From positions 288,001-352,000 of the forward strand of contig CBDAOI010000003.1 in NCBI GenBank assembly GCA_965198005.1: DNA of 64,000 bases, given 5' to 3'. Position 1 is the stretch's first letter. Every line of letters begins with the position of its first letter. The position numbers and the translations under genes are program-made. Positions 1 through 9,475 of the stretch are shown in pieces. Below the pieces are notes generated by a model. That model saw only the letters and a list, made by a program, of their open reading frames with translations. It was not told the origin of the DNA and did no database searches. Origin of the DNA: Spirochaetia bacterium. Its GTDB lineage: Bacteria > Spirochaetota > Spirochaetia > SZUA-6 > Bin103.

Positions 1-63
1 TATTGTGCTTTACAAATTCGGAGTGACCGGGTTCGCCGGGGTACCAAACGAGGAGGTTCATTC

Positions 64-144
64 GACGCGGTGCGGGACCTGCTCGACCCGCGGCTGCGGG
101 GTGGCAGCGGCCGCCTCGGTGCCGATGCCGCCAGGTCGGTTTGA
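64..144 (+). pseudogene. C-terminal fragment of DppC-type ABC permease
   Basis: Manual translation DAVRDLLDPRLRGGSGRLGADAARSV*; same motif ends the DppC at 39761. Confidence 0.7.
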
Positions 145-366
145 AAGAGCGGCTCAAGGAACAAACAACAAGCCAGCCGGACATGCCTCATCCGGCTCCC
201 AACCGTGATGCCGCGCAGGTGGACACGCCCCTGCGCAGGGCCGCCGCGCACCCCTCCCACCAAGTCAACGAGTCTGCGGTGCCCGATGATGCGCAGACAC
301 TACGGGCTGGGTATGGGCGTGAGCTCACCGGTCAGCTCGAAGCGGCGCCTGGCATTAGATCCGAGT

Positions 367-593
367 CGCAATCTCGACGACGAGGTGAAGACCAGGTTGC
401 GCGTGCGGGCGGCGAACAACGGCCGTTCCATGGAAGAGGAAGTGCGGTTGATTCTGCGCGAGGCCTCGGACAGGAAGCCTTCCCCGCAAAGGGCTTGGGC
501 ACGGCCATCCACGAACTGTTCAAGCCCTTCGGTGGGGTTGAGTTGGAGTTGCCGCACCGCGAGGCGATGCGCGAGCTGCCCCGCTTCGATTGA
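367..593 (+). pseudogene. FitA-like ribbon-helix-helix antitoxin, 5'-truncated and frameshifted
   Basis: RNLDDEVKTRLRVRAANNGRSMEEEVRLILREA in one frame, GLGTAIHELFKPFGGVELELPHRE in another. Confidence 0.75.
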
Positions 594-604
594 GATGGCT
601 CGTG

Positions 605-702
605 ATGGTGGTACTCGATACGAATGTGGTGTCCGAAATGATGCTCGATTCCCCACATCCGGAACAGGGATAGAAGTAATCGACCCGTGGGCGGAAGCAT
701 GA
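605..702 (+). pseudogene. FitB/VapC PIN toxin with most of the interior deleted
   Basis: N-terminus MVVLDTNVVSEMM joined out of frame to C-terminus TGIEVIDPWAEA*. Confidence 0.75.
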
Positions 703-855
703 GGATCAGATGCTGGGATTGGACGTTCCCGTCTACGTGCAGTATGGACGCTGGATGGGAGATATTCTCCTGCGCGGCAGCTTTGGTGAATCACTGTTCG
801 GTGGTTGGTCGATAGGGGAGAGGATAGCGGGGAGATTGCCCGTATCCATTCAGCT

Positions 856-1228
856 TGGCTGGGAATGATGGTCATGCTGTTCCCGGCAATCTGGTGGGGC
901 TGGTCGCCGCCGGTGGAGCTGATCACGTTCAAGCAAGACCCGTTGGGGAATCTCGGGATGTTCTTCATCCCGGCGTTGATTCTGGGCACGGCCATGTCTG
1001 CCGCCACCATGCGGATGACGCGCACCAGACACGCCACCAAGAACGCGTTCATCCCGGTGCTTACCCTGATCGGTATGCCGCTCCCGCTCCTGATCGGTGG
1101 CTCGGTCATCCTGGAGGAAATATTCGTGCTGCCGGGGATAGGCCGTCTGTTTCTCGAGGCCCTCGATTTCAGAGACTACCCGGTAGTCTCTGCCATAAAC
1201 CTGATTCTCGCTACCGCGGCAGTCAATA
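856..1228 (+). pseudogene. DppB-type ABC permease fragment lacking the EAA loop
   Basis: FPAIWWGWSPP...MRMTRT|RHATKNAFIPV...RDYPVVS; 26 aa missing relative to the paralog at 40768. Confidence 0.8.
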
Positions 1229-1368
1229 TCCTGGTAGCGGGGGCAGCATTCGGCTTAAGCAGGTTTTCGCCCCTGCAACATCAGGACCTGCAGCATCAGG
1301 ATAACGGGCGAAGCAACAGGGGCCCCGATAGTCGAGACCCGGACCGACAACGGTATCCCGCATATGTT

Positions 1369-3582
1369 TATCACGTCATCTTGGTCGTGTACGGGTTGTC
1401 GGGATTCTGTGCGCTGGCTTACGAAGTGCTGTGGACGAGGGTGCTGGTGTTCTACGTGCACTCCACAACCTACGCCTTCACGATAATGTTATCCAGCTTC
1501 TTGTTGGGGATAGCTCTCGGCAGCCTTGTTTTCGGCAGACTTATAGACAAAGCGAAACAGCATCTGAGCTTCCTCGCGGTTATCGAAGTGCTGATCGGGG
1601 TGTTTGCCATCTTGTCGATTGGGAGTTCAGCAAGTTGAACGACCTGATGGTGAATTTCACCGACCGGCTACCGAGCTGGCAGATGTTCGTGCTGGCGAGG
1701 TATGTCGGTGCCTTTCTCATAATGTTCATCCCGACCTTGCTCATGGGCATTGCATTTCCCTTGGCCAGCAAGATATATAGCCAAAATCAAGAGAGCTTGG
1801 GCAGATACGTAGGGAACATCTACTCGGTAAACACCGTGGGCAGTGTCCTGGGGTCGAATCACCAATGGCATCATCCTCGTCGCGTCGCTCAACCTGATGC
1901 TGGGCATCGTGATACTGCTTTCCAACCCGTTCATGAGACGCACGGGAAAATTTGCCGCGCTCGCGAGTATCGCGGTCATTATCCCGGTTGCCGGCGTAGG
2001 GATTCCCGCAGATAGACCTTTGGGCCTTTACAGTCGTCCATTTCCGGATCTCCAAGAGGGTGGCAAGGTTCTTTTCTATGACGAAGGCATTGGAGCCACG
2101 GTCACGGTACATCAACTGCCGCCCGACCCGGTTGACAAGCAGGTCTACAAGCTGTTGGAGGTGGATGGAGTGAATGTGGCGGGCACGCTGCCGATGCTCC
2201 GTCTTACCCAGAAGCTCCAGGGACACTTGCCCGTGCTTCTGTACAAGGCCTCCACCGGGAAGGATCCCAGCAACGTTTTCCTGCTGGGGATGGGCACCGG
2301 AGCATCATCCTGCGCGGCCACGCGCCACAGAATCGACCGGCTGGATATCCTGGAGATCGTCTCTGCCGAAGTTGATGCACTCCCCTATTTCCGGGAGATA
2401 AATGGAGATCTGCTCAACGAGCCAAAGGTTCGCGTAAGAATAGATGATGCCAGGAATTATCTGCTGGCTACGCGGGCGGAATATGACGTCATCGAGAGCG
2501 ATACTATCCATCCGGAGCAAAACGCCAATCTGTTCTCCCGAGAATACTTCGAGCTCGCGAGAGATCGGCTGTCCGTGGATGGTGTGTTTTCCGTTTGGCT
2601 TCCCATGTATGGAATGTCGGAGGAAACCTTCAAGATTCTGATCAAGACGTTCTACTCGGCCTTCCCGCACGTGACAGTGTGGTACGCGAGTAGCCAGCCG
2701 ACTCGACATGCCCTGCTGGTAGGCTCAAAAAAGAAACTGAAGATCGATTTTGCGCTGCTACAGGAGGAGCTGGCTTACCCGCCAGTGAGGGAAAGCCTGG
2801 CAGAAGTGGGTCTGGATGGGGTATTCGCGGTTCTGGGCAGCTTCATCACCGATGAGAGTGGAATAGGCGGATACGTTGCCGATTCCCTGGTGAGTACGGA
2901 CAACCGCCCCTACCTGGCTTACTACAACCCGATCCAGAAGGGGCGATCTCCCCTGGCGGTCCCCCGAGTCTTGGAAATCTTCGCTGAGTTGAGCGTGCCT
3001 GTCTTGTCTTACGTGGTGAATATGGGAGAGGCGGAGACCGAGATCAGGACGACCCTGGAGAATCGTTCACGGGCGCGCGCGCACGTCATTCGGGCAATTG
3101 CCTATGATTACCAGCGTGACTTCACCAACTCGATCTCCGAGCTGGAGCAGGCCTGGGCGATAACCCCCGAAGACAACAATATCAAGAACTCACTCGAGCT
3201 TGCGCAAGCAAAGCAGCTTGCCGACGCTGAGAAACTTGCCCAGCCGTACGTGACTGACGGGGCAAGACTGCTCAAGGCCCGCAGGTTGGAAGAAGCCGGG
3301 GCTGTGTTCAGGTTCGTGCTGGAGTTCCACCCCGCGTCTGCGGTAGCACGCTATAGCCTGGCGACTATCCATTACGCCAGAGGGGAGCATGTTCAAGCAA
3401 CCGAGCAGTTGCTGAAGGTGCTTGAGCTGGACCCCGGCAATGCGGATGCACGCTATTCTCTGGCCCTGGTCCATGTCAAGCTGGGAGACTGTGCCACGTC
3501 GTGCTCATCGTGCTCGTCGCCAGCCGGTTCCGGTTGGGCGGCGGCCGGGTTCGGCTGCGCGGCCGGCACTGGGCGCCGCTAG
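1369..3582 (+). pseudogene. Fused membrane/spermidine synthase-like protein with C-terminal TPRs, frameshifted and 5'-truncated
   Basis: SGFCALAYEVLWTR, IPTLLMGIAFP, LGMGTGAS, DDARNYL, TPR-like ARYSLA repeats; split over three frames (shifts near 1620 and 1855). Confidence 0.8.
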
Positions 3583-3773
3583 CTCTTGCCCTGTCTCTGG
3601 GTCGACGTCAGGCACGGTGCGACGACCCCGCCGGTGCTCGGCGATTCGTTGCGCACCAACCCGCGGCACACCGGGCTGCCGCAAGCTCGAAACCCAGCCG
3701 TTTTGGCGCATTCGGGTTCAGGACTAGCGGACCTGACAGGTCCGTTCAACCGCGAAGCGATACCATGGACGCC

Positions 3774-3827
3774 ATGAGCACCATTCTCCCGATCAACCTC
3801 GCCCACCTGCTCCAGGGCCGCGGCATC
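3774..3827 (+). pseudogene. Possible N-terminal stub of an AlbA_2/Schlafen-domain ATP-binding protein
   Basis: MSTILPINLAHLLQGRGI resembles the start of that family; recall only. Confidence 0.3.
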
Positions 3828-4177
3828 TACGGAAGCACTGCCTCCATCACGCGCTGGATGACGGGAATGAGCACGGCGGCCGCTACGAGCACGGCCAGAA
3901 TCCACCGAGTTTGGACCGTGATCTCCTTGCCGAGCTCAGCGCAGACATCGCCGATCTGCTTCTGCAGATCCATGAACCCCACGTGCATTTTCTCGCGCAG
4001 CTCGTTGCGCAGCCGGTTCTCCGACTCGACCACGCGACGGATAAACCGCTCCTCAACCATCTCGATGAGATGGTCCTTCTGCTCCGCCTCGAACTGCAGC
4101 AGCAGATCGACGAGGGAGTCGCTGGCGTCATCGCCCAACTTCTCCCGGAGCGCCCGTGGTACGGATACCACTGCCAT
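3827..4177 (-). CDS. Small coiled-coil protein with C-terminal membrane anchor (Bdr/DUF1640/LA_3696-like)
   Basis: 116 aa; LREKLGDDASDSLVDLL N-terminus, coiled coil, hydrophobic QTRWILAVLVAAAVLIP; paralog at 6953. Confidence 0.75.
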   Translation of the reverse strand: MAVVSVPRALREKLGDDASDSLVDLLLQFEAEQKDHLIEMVEERFIRRVVESENRLRNELREKMHVGFMDLQKQIGDVCAELGKEITVQTRWILAVLVAAAVLIPVIQRVMEAVLP

Positions 4178-4453
4178 CGTGTGCTGACCCTAATTCGCGC
4201 GGGAGGTGTGCGTCAAGGCGCCGACGGTGCAGACGGTGCAGAAGTTCTGCCCCTCGTGTATCACATGTATAACCATTGTTTCCCGCAAGTATCAAACGGC
4301 GTACTGGGTTCTCCTTGGCGGCGATCACCGCGCCCCTGACCCGACCCCTTGACCGCGCTCCCCGGCGGCGGAATACTCGCGGCAACGATTTCGTGCGCGC
4401 CTGCACCGGCACCCCCGGACGGGCGCCACTCCACGGTCGGGGGGAAGTACGGC

Positions 4454-5341
4454 ATGGCGGATCGCAGGATCGGATGGGTCGGAACCGGAGTGATGGGGCG
4501 TTCGATGTGCATGCACGTCCTGCGGGCCGGCTACGAGGTGGCCGTCTACACCCGCTCGCGTGACAAGGCGGCCGACCTGCTCGCGGCCGGCGCCACCTGG
4601 TGCGACGACGCCGGTGCGGTCGCCGCACGCTCCGACGTGGTGTTCGCGATCGTGGGCTACCCGAACGACGTGCAGCAGGTGTTCCTGGCGCCCGACGGCA
4701 TCGTGGCGCGGGCGGCGCCCGGCACGCTGCTGGTCGATATGACCACGTCCGAGCCGTCGCTGGCGCAGCGGATCGCGGCGGCCGCGGCCGCGCGCGACTG
4801 CGCGGCGCTGGACGCACCGGTCTCGGGCGGCGACGTGGGCGCCCGCGAGGGTACGCTCGCGGTCATGGTGGGCGGCGCGGAGCAGGCGTTCGCGCGCGCC
4901 AAACCGCTGTTCGACCTCATGGGGGGCAACATCGCCCACATGGGGCCGGCGGGGGCGGGCCAGCACACCAAGATGAGCAACCAGATCCTGATCGCCTCGA
5001 CCATGATCGGGGTGGTCGAATCGCTGCTCTACGGCCAGCGCGCGGGGTTGGACCAGGACGCGATCATCGACGTGATCGGCCAGGGCGCGGCGGCCTCCTG
5101 GTCGATCAACAACCTCGGGCGGCGCATCGTCAAGGGCAACTTCGACCCCGGATTCTTCATCAAGCACTTCATCAAGGACATGGGGATTGCGCTGGCCGAG
5201 GCGCGCGCGATGAACCTCGCCCTGCCCGGGCTCGCGCTCGCCAATCAGTTCTACATCGCGGCCGCCGCCGAGGGGCTGGAAAACCTGGGCACGCACGGGT
5301 TGTACAAGGTGTGCGCGCGCATGAACGGCCTCACCGTCTGA
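4454..5341 (+). CDS. NAD(P)-dependent beta-hydroxyacid dehydrogenase (3-hydroxyisobutyrate dehydrogenase/tartronate semialdehyde reductase family)
   Basis: IGWVGTGVMG, LDAPVSGGDVGA, GQHTKMSNQ. Confidence 0.92.
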   Translation: MADRRIGWVGTGVMGRSMCMHVLRAGYEVAVYTRSRDKAADLLAAGATWCDDAGAVAARSDVVFAIVGYPNDVQQVFLAPDGIVARAAPGTLLVDMTTSEPSLAQRIAAAAAARDCAALDAPVSGGDVGAREGTLAVMVGGAEQAFARAKPLFDLMGGNIAHMGPAGAGQHTKMSNQILIASTMIGVVESLLYGQRAGLDQDAIIDVIGQGAAASWSINNLGRRIVKGNFDPGFFIKHFIKDMGIALAEARAMNLALPGLALANQFYIAAAAEGLENLGTHGLYKVCARMNGLTV

Positions 5342-5359
5342 GCCGAGGTCCGGCGGCCC

Positions 5360-6460
5360 GTGGGCGACCCTGTGCGCGACGCTGAAGCTGACGGGCGGGT
5401 CGCCGAGAACGTATCGCTGGCCGCGCGCAACACGTTGCGGGTGGCGGCGACGGCGCGCTACCTGGTCGGTCTGGCCGGGGCCGAACCGGCCGCGGCCGCC
5501 GCACGACTGGCCGGGTTGCTGGAGCAGCCGCGCTTCCGCGATCTGCCGCGGGTGGTGCTGGGAGGCGGCAGCAACGTGCTGTTCGCCGGCAACTACCCGG
5601 GCCTGGTGATCGTGCCGGCGGCCACCGGGATCGAGGTGGAGGAGGAGAGCCGGGACCACGTCACCCTGGCGGTGGCGGCCGGGCACGACTGGCACGCGCT
5701 GGTGCGGTTCGCCGTGCAGCGCGGCTGGGGCGGCATCGAAAACCTCAGCCTGATTCCCGGCTCGGTGGGCGCCGCGCCGATTCAGAACATCGGCGCCTAC
5801 GGCGCGCAGCTCTCGGACGTGTTCGTGTCCCTGGACGCGGTTGCGCTGCCCCCCGGCGCGAGCCTCGGCGCGGGTCGCGGGTGGAGCACGCTGGATGCCG
5901 CCGCGTGCGAGTTCGGCTACCGGGACAGCGTGTTCAAACGCCGCCTGCGGGACCGCGCGCTGATCACGCGGGTGCGGCTGCGGTTGGACAAACGGCCGCG
6001 GCTGCGGCTCGAGTATCCCGGCGTGACCGACGAGCTGGCGGCGGCCGGCGCCGGCGACCGGCCGTCCGTGGCCGCGGTGAGCGCGGCGGTGATCCGCCTG
6101 CGGCGGCGCAAGCTGCCGGACCCGGAGCGGCTGCCGAACGCCGGTTCGTTCTTCAAGAACCCGGTGCTCTCGGCCGCGCAGCTCGCCGCCGTGCGGAGGC
6201 GGTGTCCGGAGGTGCGGGGGCGGCCGGCCGGCGGCGGCTACAAGGTGGCGGCCGCCCAGTTGATCGAGCGCTGCGGGCTGCGCGGGCGGCGCTTCGGCCG
6301 GGCCGGGGTGGCGGACCGGCACGCGCTGGTGCTGGTCAACCACGGCGGCGCCACCGGCGCCGAGCTGCTCGCCGCCGCACGGGCGGTGGCGGACGCCGTG
6401 GCCGACCGCTTCGGCGTACGGCTGGAACCGGAGGTGCGCGTGATCGACGGCGAGGCCTGA
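5360..6460 (+). CDS. murB: UDP-N-acetylenolpyruvoylglucosamine reductase
   Basis: LGGGSNVLF, IPGSVGAAPIQNIGAYG, FGYRDSVFK, NAGSFFKNP, LEPEV. Confidence 0.97.
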   Translation: MGDPVRDAEADGRVAENVSLAARNTLRVAATARYLVGLAGAEPAAAAARLAGLLEQPRFRDLPRVVLGGGSNVLFAGNYPGLVIVPAATGIEVEEESRDHVTLAVAAGHDWHALVRFAVQRGWGGIENLSLIPGSVGAAPIQNIGAYGAQLSDVFVSLDAVALPPGASLGAGRGWSTLDAAACEFGYRDSVFKRRLRDRALITRVRLRLDKRPRLRLEYPGVTDELAAAGAGDRPSVAAVSAAVIRLRRRKLPDPERLPNAGSFFKNPVLSAAQLAAVRRRCPEVRGRPAGGGYKVAAAQLIERCGLRGRRFGRAGVADRHALVLVNHGGATGAELLAAARAVADAVADRFGVRLEPEVRVIDGEA

Positions 6461-6559
6461 TGGAGTTGCCGCCACTGGCGCGGTTTGGCCGCCACTTGCC
6501 GGCGGGCGCGGCGGTCGGCGACGTACCGGCCGCGGTCGAGCAGGCACTGCGCGCAACCT
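6460..6559 (+). pseudogene. N-terminal stub of an unknown gene coupled to murB (possibly LarA/DUF2088-like)
   Basis: ATG overlaps murB stop (TGATG); host-like sequence breaks off after about 33 codons. Confidence 0.3.
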
Positions 6560-6888
6560 TCACGGACGCCGACAGAACCTCGACGCCGTTGAACCAAGTC
6601 GTCATAGCCATAGCCGATCGTGAGCGAGTCGGTCGGATCCTCGGTGTCCTGGAGGTGCCCCACCGTCACGGGGCCGGACCAGACCCGCGTCCGGCCGAAG
6701 GGAACCTCGAACGCGGGGCAGGTCGCGGGCAGGTTCATCGCGCGCACAAAAACGACTGGGAGGGCACCGTCTCGGGGTAGCCGTCATCGTCGATGAAGCT
6801 CACCTCCACCTTGACCCGCTTGCCCAGATCGGCCGCCGTCAGCCTGTAGGCGGGCAAGGTCGCGCGCGGGATGTCCGTCTCCGGTTCT
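6560..6888 (-). pseudogene. Fragment of a large surface/adhesin-type protein
   Basis: ETDIPRATLPAYRLTAADLGKRVKVEVSFIDDDGYPETVPS (Ig-like repeat motif); frameshifted, no start. Confidence 0.55.
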
Positions 6889-6952
6889 GCGGGATCTGCC
6901 GTGCCGGCGGTTCCAGGTCGACGAGCTCAGGTCATTCGTCTACGCGAAGGAC

Positions 6953-7543
6953 TTACGAAGGCAAGAGCGCGCCCATCACCCGCTGAAGCACCGGAATCAG
7001 CACCGCCGCGCCGACCAGCACCGTCAGTAGCCAACGAGTCTGGACGGCGATCTGCTGGTGAACGTCACTGATCCGCTTGTGAACGTCCCGAAGCTCCTTG
7101 CCGAACTCGGTGCTCATCACGCCGATCTGCGCGCTGAACTCCGTTCGCACCTTTTCGATTTCCTTGCCGAGATCGGCGATCTGCTCCTGCTGCCGGGAAA
7201 GCTGCTCCTGTTGCCGGGCAAACCCGGCGTTCATCTCCGTGCGCAGTCGGCCCTCGGAATCGCCTATCTCCTTGCGCAGTCGGCCCTCGGAATCGCCTAT
7301 CTCCTTGCGCAGCAGGCTCTCGGACTGGCCTATCTCCTTGCGCAGCAGGCTCTCGGACTCGGCCACGTGACGCAGGAATCGTTCCTCCAGGACGACGAAG
7401 AGATGCTCCTGTTGATCCTTTCGCTGTTGCTCCTGATCGTGTGTCTGATTCGCCTCGGCCTCCCGGAACATCTCTATCAGGGAATCGGTCGCGGCATCGC
7501 CCAGCCGCTCTTGCAGCGGACGCGGCACCAACAGCACTGCCAT
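6953..7543 (-). CDS. Coiled-coil repeat protein with C-terminal anchor (Bdr/DUF1640/LA_3696-like)
   Basis: MAVLLVPRPLQERLGDAATDSLIEMF...QTRWLLTVLVGAAVLIP; 11-aa and 7-aa tandem repeats. Confidence 0.78.
   Translation of the reverse strand: MAVLLVPRPLQERLGDAATDSLIEMFREAEANQTHDQEQQRKDQQEHLFVVLEERFLRHVAESESLLRKEIGQSESLLRKEIGDSEGRLRKEIGDSEGRLRTEMNAGFARQQEQLSRQQEQIADLGKEIEKVRTEFSAQIGVMSTEFGKELRDVHKRISDVHQQIAVQTRWLLTVLVGAAVLIPVLQRVMGALLPS
7181..7360. repeat. Coding tandem repeats: 2 x 21 bp (7181-7222) and about 3.6 x 33 bp (7241-7360)
   Basis: gcgcagtcggccctcggaatcgcctatctcctt x2 then gcgcagcaggctctcggact.. x2; encode LRKEIGDSEGR/LRKEIGQSESL. Confidence 0.92.
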
Positions 7544-7848
7544 GCCGGCAACCTTCAGGCGATCACCCCCAGGTGTCAAGCTACTCCCACCGGGCGGTAG
7601 TGTCTCAGTTTGAAGTGCGCCGTGACGCCTGGGGCGATTCAGCGAGCACGCAGGCCGCAACGCGAGTGAACAATCGCTGTCTGCACACACGAGCTCCGGA
7701 TTGCTTCGGCGTCCCGTGTCTTCATACGAGACTCACGATTATCCTGTACGTAGCGTCGCAGTCATCTCACGTCACGCGGCGTGAGCGCACGGCTACTCGA
7801 CAGCCGCCCGGAAGGTGACGTAACGTGCTATCTGACCAGACCAACGGC

Positions 7849-9456
7849 ATGACCTCCTCCGTCGAACAGCTCCACCCGCTTGAAGTGCGCGTGCTGCGCG
7901 CCGCCGCTTCCGATGCGGCCTTTACCGCCGCCGATCTGATGGCCGCCGCCGAACTGAACCTGGGGCAGTGCAACCAGGCGTTCAGTTGGCTGCGGGCCAA
8001 GGGGCTGATCGCGGAGCGGGAGCGGGTGCAGGCGCTGCGCTACGAGTTGACCGCCCTGGGCGAGCAGTACCGGCGCGACGGACTGCCGGAGGAGCGGCTG
8101 GTCGCCCTGGTGCGGGCCGAGGGAGCGCTGCCGATGCCGGAGATCGCCGCCCGGCTGGGGCTGGAGCAGCGCGACGTGGGCTCCGCGTTCGGCGCCCTGG
8201 CGCGCGAGGGAGTGCTGGCGATGGACGGTGCCAAGCAGGTGCGCGCGGCCGGCGCCGAGAGCGCGCGCGTGGCGACGGTGCGCGGGCTGCTGGAGCGGCT
8301 GGCCGGCGGCGCGGCCGTGGCGGAGGCGTTGAGCGAAGCGGAGCGCGCGCAGGCGGCGGCGCTCAGCCGCAAACGCGGTGTGTCTCGGGGCGTGTTTCGC
8401 GCCACCGAGTTGCAGACGGTCAGCTACGTGCTGACGGCGGCAGGGCGGAAAATGCGGCAGGCGGCGGCACGGCGGGCCATTCCCGGCACCAGGAAGGGCA
8501 GTGGCACGCCCGTATCCCTCGGAGTGGCGCTTGGCGAAGCGACCGGCCGGGCGGCGGAGGTGGGCGCCCTGACCCCGGCGATGCTGGCCGACGGGTCCTG
8601 GCGGCAGGTGAGCTTCCGCCGCTACAACCTCAACTCGCCGCCGGGGCGGGTGCTGGTGGGGCGCCGCAACCCCTACACCGCCTACCTGGACCGGGTGCGC
8701 GACCAGCTCACCGGCCTCGGCTTCGAGGAGTTCGACGGGCCGCTGGTGGAGACCAACTTCTGGTGCTGCGACGCGCTGTTCATGCCGCAGTTCCACGCCG
8801 CCCGCGACGAGCACGACGTCTACTTCATCAAGGAACCGCAGTACGCCAGCCACCTGCCGGAGCCCTACTTCGAACGGGTCGCGGCCACCCACACCGACGG
8901 CTGGCGCACCGGCAGCCGCGGCTGGGGCTACCGGTTCGACCGCGACTTCGCCCGCCGCACCATCCTGCGCAGCCAGGGCACCGTGGTCTCCGCCAAGACC
9001 CTGACCCGCGCCCGGGTGCCGGGAAAATACTTCGGCATCATGCGTTGCTTCCGGCCGGACGAGGTGGACGCGTCGCACTTGGCCGACTTCTACCAGACCG
9101 AGGGCATCGTGCTCGGCGAGCAGGTCAACCTCAAGACCCTGCTGGGGCTGCTGAAGCTGTTCGCCGAGGAGGTGGCGGGCGTGGCCAGCGCCGACGTGCG
9201 CTACGAGCCGGCCTACTTTCCGTTCACCGAGCCGTCAGTGGAGGTGTTCGTGCGCCATCCCACGGTGGGCTGGACCGAGCTGGGCGGCTCCGGCATCTTC
9301 CGTCCCGAGGTGACCCGGCCGCTGGGGATCGAGGTGCCGGTGCTGGCCTGGGGACTGGGAATCGACCGGATGGCGATGATGTCGCTGGGGATCGACGACA
9401 TTCGCGACCTGTTCTCGCCCGACCTGGACCAGATCCGGCGCCGGGTGGCGCACTGA
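7849..9456 (+). CDS. pheS: Phenylalanine-tRNA ligase alpha subunit, long archaeal/eukaryote type
   Basis: Long N-terminal extension; FMPQFHAARDEHD, FYQTEG, YFPFTEPS, AWGLGIDR. Confidence 0.96.
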   Translation: MTSSVEQLHPLEVRVLRAAASDAAFTAADLMAAAELNLGQCNQAFSWLRAKGLIAERERVQALRYELTALGEQYRRDGLPEERLVALVRAEGALPMPEIAARLGLEQRDVGSAFGALAREGVLAMDGAKQVRAAGAESARVATVRGLLERLAGGAAVAEALSEAERAQAAALSRKRGVSRGVFRATELQTVSYVLTAAGRKMRQAAARRAIPGTRKGSGTPVSLGVALGEATGRAAEVGALTPAMLADGSWRQVSFRRYNLNSPPGRVLVGRRNPYTAYLDRVRDQLTGLGFEEFDGPLVETNFWCCDALFMPQFHAARDEHDVYFIKEPQYASHLPEPYFERVAATHTDGWRTGSRGWGYRFDRDFARRTILRSQGTVVSAKTLTRARVPGKYFGIMRCFRPDEVDASHLADFYQTEGIVLGEQVNLKTLLGLLKLFAEEVAGVASADVRYEPAYFPFTEPSVEVFVRHPTVGWTELGGSGIFRPEVTRPLGIEVPVLAWGLGIDRMAMMSLGIDDIRDLFSPDLDQIRRRVAH

Positions 9457-9475
9457 GCGGAGCCCGAGCGAACCA

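Noticed and set aside
4325-6556. Long antisense/alternate-frame ORFs (also 9224..11293, 29046..31166, 32328..34949, 52441..54390)
   Set aside because: Arg/Gly/Ala-rich shadows of real genes, expected at this GC content.
7241-7360. 33-bp repeats as a CRISPR array
   Set aside because: Contiguous, no spacers, in-frame within a coiled-coil gene; no cas genes.
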